Positions 58,410 through 64,000 of a stretch of DNA of 64,000 bases are shown piece after piece (positions within the stretch are counted from its first letter, which is position 1; the number at the start of each line of letters is the position of its first letter). The notes beneath the pieces are model-generated. The model was not told the origin of the DNA. It made no database searches and was given only the letters and a program-made list of their open reading frames with translations. Both the position numbers and the translations under genes were made by a program. The stretch comes from Octopus sinensis (lineage: Eukaryota). Location: positions 248,001 to 312,000 of the forward strand of contig NW_021836126.1 in NCBI RefSeq assembly GCF_006345805.1, read 5' to 3'.

Positions 58410-60298
58410 TGACGAGTATGCGTTTAACATCGAAAGTAATATCGCCGACGCACGACAAATTCTCAAAGATCACTGCTTTACCCTCAAAAATCAAGTATTC
58501 CCCACTAAAAATATACATTTTATTTAGATTGGAAGTTTAGAACATTATTATTTGGCCACCTCTATAAACCCAGCCGAATGTGCTGTCCAACAAGAGCAGA
58601 GAGGAAGACAAATGAAGAGAGATTCCAGAATTTTATGGCATGAAAAACAAATCGGAAAAAAACGAAGTAAACGAGATTTTGAAATCCCAAGCAGTGCCGA
58701 GTCACTGTGGTATATGGTTTGTATTGCCTGACAGTAAATATCAGAACCAAGGGGGAGTTGACGAATACGACCTGCAGATCAGAACAGTCTGGGAACGAAA
58801 CATAACCGGAAAAAACGTGGTGGTGGCCATTCTGGACGACGGAGTGGATAAAAAAACACGACGACTTATTCCCAAACTACGTTTTTGTGTATTTAAAGTT
58901 ATTTTATTAGGATTCAAAGGCAAACTACGACTTCGTGGATGACGATTCGGATCCTGAGGCATTTCCAATGATAACTTATAACAAGTCGGGCATTTTTGTT
59001 GTTATTTAGTCATGGGACACGCTGTGCTGGTGTTGTGGTGGGGACTGGGAAACATTGTGGAGTAGGAATTGCATTTGGTAGTAAAATTGGAGGTTATTTT
59101 CTGTGTATTTTTCAGGAATTCGAGTTTTGTCTTCTGTTGTGAAGGATTCAGTGGAGGCAGGTGGAATATCCTCCGCAAATGATTATATTTCGATATATTC
59201 CAGCAGTTGGGGACCCACGGATGACGGACAGACGTTGGACGGGCCTGGTCACCTCACAATGAAACCATTCCATTCTGCCATTAAGAATGGAAGAGACGAG
59301 AAAGGCTCCATATTTGTATGGGCATCAGGAAATGGGGGTCCTGCTGGGGATTCCTGTTCATGTGACGGCTATGTCAACCAGATATTCACCCTTGCTGTGG
59401 GAAGTGTTAACATCCACGGTAAAAAACCGTACTACCTCGAAATGTGCTCAGCTATTTTGGTTTCTACCTTTCCCGGGGACATGAATGAGGGAATTGTAAT
59501 GAGAGTGTTTATTCCGTTAGTCTACTACTGATTTGGGGAATAAATGTACTGACAGGTTTTCTGGCACGTCTGCATCCGCCCCCATGACTGCGGGGATTCT
59601 GGCTCTGGGGCTTCAAGTGAGGCCTGATTTGAGTTGGAGGGACGTGCAACACATTGCAATTAGGTCAACACTTACTGACTTTATTCTTGACGGAGAGTGG
59701 GTTGTTAATGCTGTTCGTCGAAAATGTCATTTTTGCAGTCATTTGAGTAGACAGTCACCAATATGGGTATGGGGAACTCAGTACTTCCCGATTTGTCCAA
59801 CTGGCACTCAAATGGCCACGAATTGGGGACATGCATGAATGCAGAGAGCATCTTCAATTGAATTCTGAGTTGCCTTTTGAAATTATTTTAGTTTGAATGA
59901 TACGCTAACACTCACAATACACACAGACGGGTGTGTGGGGAGTAAAAACCACGTTGTTTATTTGGAGAATGTGCAATTTGTGATGACAATGGAGAGTAGA
60001 CGACGTGAATGTCTCCAAGTGGTGGTCAGATCCCCATCACAAACGGAGTCCATAATTCTGTTTCCGCGGAAAGCTGACGTTGGAACTAAATTTGACGAAT
60101 GGGCATTTTTGTCGGTTACATTCTGAGGAGAAAAATCAGCGGGGGACTGACTGGTAACCGTGTCAAACACGTGTGGGGATTCATCCCACGTTGATTCCAT
60201 ATTGTTGGTTATGTACGGGACAGTGGAGAAACCCCCGTTCCTTCAAAGTATTATTTGTTTGATAATGTTTAGAGAATAAGGATGACGTATTATTTTAA
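58410..60298 (+). pseudogene. Furin/kexin-like proprotein convertase (S8 plus P domain), 9 micro-introns; disrupted or mis-assembled
   Basis: Prodomain ending KKRSKR; ILDDG, HGTRCAG, WASGNGG, GTSASAP. Introns 58495-58527, 58717-58744, 58881-58910, 58985-59009, 59093-59115, 59496-59520, 59726-59750, 59869-59891, 60248-60272. +1 A at 58850-58856; TGA at 60124 and 60148. 5' end uncertain. Confidence 0.9.
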
Positions 60299-61765
60299 TG
60301 TTGATATGTTAGATTGATTGTCCACACGCTGTGAAACAGGTTTATAACAAAAAATATAAAAGAACCAATCGTGGATGATTTGAACCTTTTTAATGTGCTG
60401 TTCGATAATTTTCCTCATATAGACTTGACGTCAGAAATGATGCATGTTTTGTGGAAGAGATTTTCCTCGCAGTCAGCCAGATTAAAGCGAGCTTTGAAAG
60501 AAGCAGAAAATTCAAAAGCTATTTCAAAGAAAAAAGTAATAAAATGAAAAAAAATATAGATTGACAACATTTTGACAAGACAGGAACTTTTAATGGAATA
60601 CATAAGAAAGGACACCGACCATCTAATGAAAATGGTATGAATGAGTATTTACACATTTCTTAGAAAGCATTGAAAGCAGAGCAGAAAAAAGAATACAAAA
60701 TACGCTCAGCAATTCTGGACAAAAGAACAAAACCTCCGACAGGACATTCGGAACATGGCCATTGTGGGGACCTCCGACATCATAATTCTCCGCAGAGCGT
60801 TCGCAATGGAGACATCGCACTCGATTAAGTCGAATTCGAGTTCGTCGTGGAGATTCTTCGATACAGTAATCACTTATTAACATATGGAGAAGTTTATTGA
60901 GAACGGCATCAACCTTAGAATTGTCGACGTTGAGGTAGAATCGCGAATTCTTTTTATTGGATGTGAAAATTGGTACAGGCACGAAAGGCGAATATGAATT
61001 TTAGTCCACTCATATTTAGATGTTCTTCTATTAAAAGAAGATTAGTTTCACAATTCAGGTGGTCGATTGACGTTGATTTCAGTGGTCGATGGCGTTGTTT
61101 TGTACTGATTTGAAGTTCCACAATAAAGGAATACATCAATGAAAACAGGACGAATGCGGAGGAATATACATATTGATCAGTCTTCTGGTTAAAGAGTAAA
61201 AACCGTTATACCTGTCAGCTCAATCCTGGGTCTGGTCACAAAGTCCGGTTTGTCCTGCCGGATGTATGAGTAACTCGGGAAATCGGTCAGATGGTTTTTG
61301 GGTGAGAACTTGGTTTCTTGCACAAAGGAATTTCCACATCGTATATCTTCACAAAGGAACCAATTTCAGCTGTTTGCAAGCAATTCCATTTATGTTTAAA
61401 TACTTAATAGGTTCTTCCTGGAAGGTCCTAGAATTTGTTCAAACGTCATTGAGAAGGCCTAGTTCAATATATAAAAGAAAGGTCTTTGAGAGCAACGGCT
61501 TCGCGGCTGCTCTGCTGCCACCGACGTTACAGAAAATGTCCAATGGGGGTGGTTGCAGGTCTTTTTGTAGTTAATCCAAACAAAAACTCTCATTTGCATC
61601 AAGGTGACCCACATCGACAGAACATTAATTAGTTCGTGGGACAACACAAGTTCGTAAGCACTGGAAAAGAAAATTCGTTATTAATCTTCATATTTTAATT
61701 ATTGTAACAAACTAATAAAATGTTGGGCATCAGCCGTAAGGTTATGTTCTTATTATGTTTTTTAG

Positions 61766-62029
61766 CTACATCAGGTCCTCCAGAGGACCCAGATCCGAGC
61801 GTTTGTTATCGTTCGACCAACGTTCGGTTAATCTGTGGACCCTTTGTTGGACCTCCTCGATTCGCCTCCTGTTGGACCACGATAGCTGCGGTGCCCATGA
61901 TCCGCGGGCGTAGGAAATGGACGGTTCAAAGTATCGTCGGTAAATATAAGCCAATAGCGAATGGGAACCGCTTTTCCATAAACCGGATAGGCTTCTGAGC
62001 ACGTTCAGTGTATTAAGAATAGGAGCCAA
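61766..62029 (-). mobile_element. LINE post-RT fragment
   Basis: YRRYFEPSISYARGSWAPQL versus YKQYIEPTIGYACAAWGCNL in ORF 1554..1937. Confidence 0.6.
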
Positions 62030-62199
62030 ACAAGAGTCTCTTTAAGTAGTTTCCAAATTCGGAAGCAAAACACACCAAGCGGATCCCGCTCGTCATCCTG
62101 ACTTCACAAGCCTTTTTATCTAACTCAGAAACTTAGCGATCACTAACTCAAATTTTCGAATCAAAAAGTTCCTAACTCCCTACCCTCCCAACATGTATA

Positions 62200-63090
62200 A
62201 ACGTTGCAATTTGTGGAGATTCATAACAACCTTTTTTCTTGTATGTACCTGTCCACTTTAAGGAATGACTCTATACCTAAGATTATTTGATTTACCTGCT
62301 AGTTTAGTTATTCTTGTTCAAAACGGGAAGCATCTTATCCCAAGCAAATTTATTGACTCCTCCTCCAATTAAGATTTGAAAATAATATCCTGTAATATAA
62401 AGACTCTAAGTGCGCTTTCTCCTTCTTTACTTTAAACGCTAGGATGCTTTTCTTTTAAAGTTTGTTCAAGCGTTCGATTTATCAAGATGTCTGATTTTGG
62501 CAGAAAAAAATCATGTTGCATTGATGATAAAGATTTCTCGTAGTTCCCTTTTTTCTCTCGTTTCTTGATTTTCTGCACAGCACCTATGATATGTTGTTCT
62601 CTTTCAAGAAGCTTGTAACATTTATGTAGTTGAGAGTTGTAGCTCCGTGGTCAACGACTGTTTGAGATAGAGAAAAGGCAAGTCTTGAGTCATCAAATTG
62701 ACCATCGTAATAAACTGTATCTCCACAGTCTTTCAGTCTATAAATTTGGTAATGCATCCAGCTTTTCATCTCTTTTCTTCCCTAACTTTCCAGCAACCAT
62801 ATTGTAAATCTTAAGGCCAATGCCGTAAAAGGGGCTTTTCCACCACTTGTAACTAAGAACGAAAATTAAATGTGTGGATTTTGACGAAGGCGTCCCCGCT
62901 CCTTCATAGCTTCCAGAACAAGAGCAATATTACCTTGTTACAAATAACCCAAACCTCCATGAATCAACTTGGACCTACGTGATGATTCCTTTATCAAATC
63001 GTGTTGTTCCTAAAGAAGCATTCGGTAATCATGTGAGACTGCAGAACCGATACTTGTAGCGCCTCCTTTAATCCCAGTCTTCATTATTAA
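62200..63090 (-). pseudogene. GPD2: FAD-dependent glycerol-3-phosphate dehydrogenase remnant
   Basis: GGATSIG, SSRRSKLIHGG.GYL*, LVLEAMKER, VYYDGQFDDSRL..DHGATTLNYINV, IINAT*; several stops and frameshifts. Confidence 0.8.
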
Positions 63091-63769
63091 GTGTTGAGCA
63101 TGGTTTCTCTTTCATGATTGACCCCATACTTGTAAGAATTGGATGGCCTTTTTGTTGTGTTTTTGCTTCTTGAGTATTGATTTATCGAAAGATGGCTGAA
63201 ATTCTTCCTCTTTTTTCAGAAGTATTGTGTTTTAGAAGTTTCAGAAGTCAGAAGTATTCAGAATTCACGACCGCTGCGTGTGAAAACCAAATTTCAGAAG
63301 CACCGTGCTCCTCTCAACCCGGTTTAAGAAAGATCTGTCGAAATTCTTTTTGCGCCATTTCAATGATGTCAACAACAAGACCGCGTGAGCTTGTTGTTCA
63401 CTAGTCTAAAGCTATAATGTACTTTATTCTCTTAAGATGCCTCCTTACTTGTACCTTTCCACACAAATCTGCTATATGTTAACATATTGTTTTTAAATGA
63501 GAGATCAGCATGACGATTTCCTGAGATTAGTTTATTGGAACTTTACGGCTGATTTTGCTTAAGAGAATGTTGGCCATCACTAAAGTCCAAACTTGGCCAA
63601 TATGTATTCTCACTAATTATATGACAAGAGAATAGGCTGCGAATTCGATTTAGTGGAGGGAAGTATGAAAGTCAAAACGACCGACAACACGTGGGACCAT
63701 CAAGGCTAGGGACGTGATCAAAAACATTGCCAGGAGTGTGCCACTCCAACATGTTCCTCCCTGTCCTGA

Positions 63770-64000
<231 letters not shown>

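Noticed and set aside
58410-60298. Genome-wide UGA-to-Trp code reassignment
   Set aside because: Long AT-rich ORFs (RTE, hAT) use only TGG for Trp, and the pseudogenes also contain in-frame TAA and TAG, so ordinary decay explains the data; kept only as a low-priority local check.
60300-61700. Short ORFs downstream of the furin-like gene
   Set aside because: No recognisable motif or consistent frame; the evidence is insufficient.

Overview
This is AT-rich eukaryotic DNA in which host genes and DNA transposons carry very small GT-AG introns (23-33 nt). Together with an animal-type furin/kexin gene and TTAGGG repeats, this fits a reduced animal parasite such as a myxozoan or dicyemid (inference, not established). 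The window is a dense accumulation of mobile elements: Vingi/Ingi-like, RTE and CRE-like LINEs, plus Ginger, hAT, MULE, Merlin, Tc1 and Helitron DNA elements. These are interleaved with broken copies of housekeeping genes (VPS13, TRRAP, NAXD, GPD2, furin) and one tRNA-His. Highlights: (1) An intronless, apparently full-length rhabdovirus-like nucleoprotein endogenous viral element (EVE) at 10566-11915, broken only by two homopolymer indels, preceded by a matrix-like ORF, plus a decayed L-polymerase-like EVE at about 33.8-34.8 kb. (2) A TSD-bounded Vingi-like LINE with a candidate HDV-like ribozyme fold at its 5' end and a 2A StopGo motif in front of the endonuclease. (3) A non-autonomous Helitron inserted into a 25-nt intron of VPS13, expanded into three direct copies with duplicated flanking DNA and internal satellites. 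(4) A Ginger element whose catalytic core is replaced by a TTAGGG-type tract. Many frameshifts fall in homopolymers, so some pseudogene calls may be assembly errors. All family assignments come from motifs read by eye or recalled; no searches were run.
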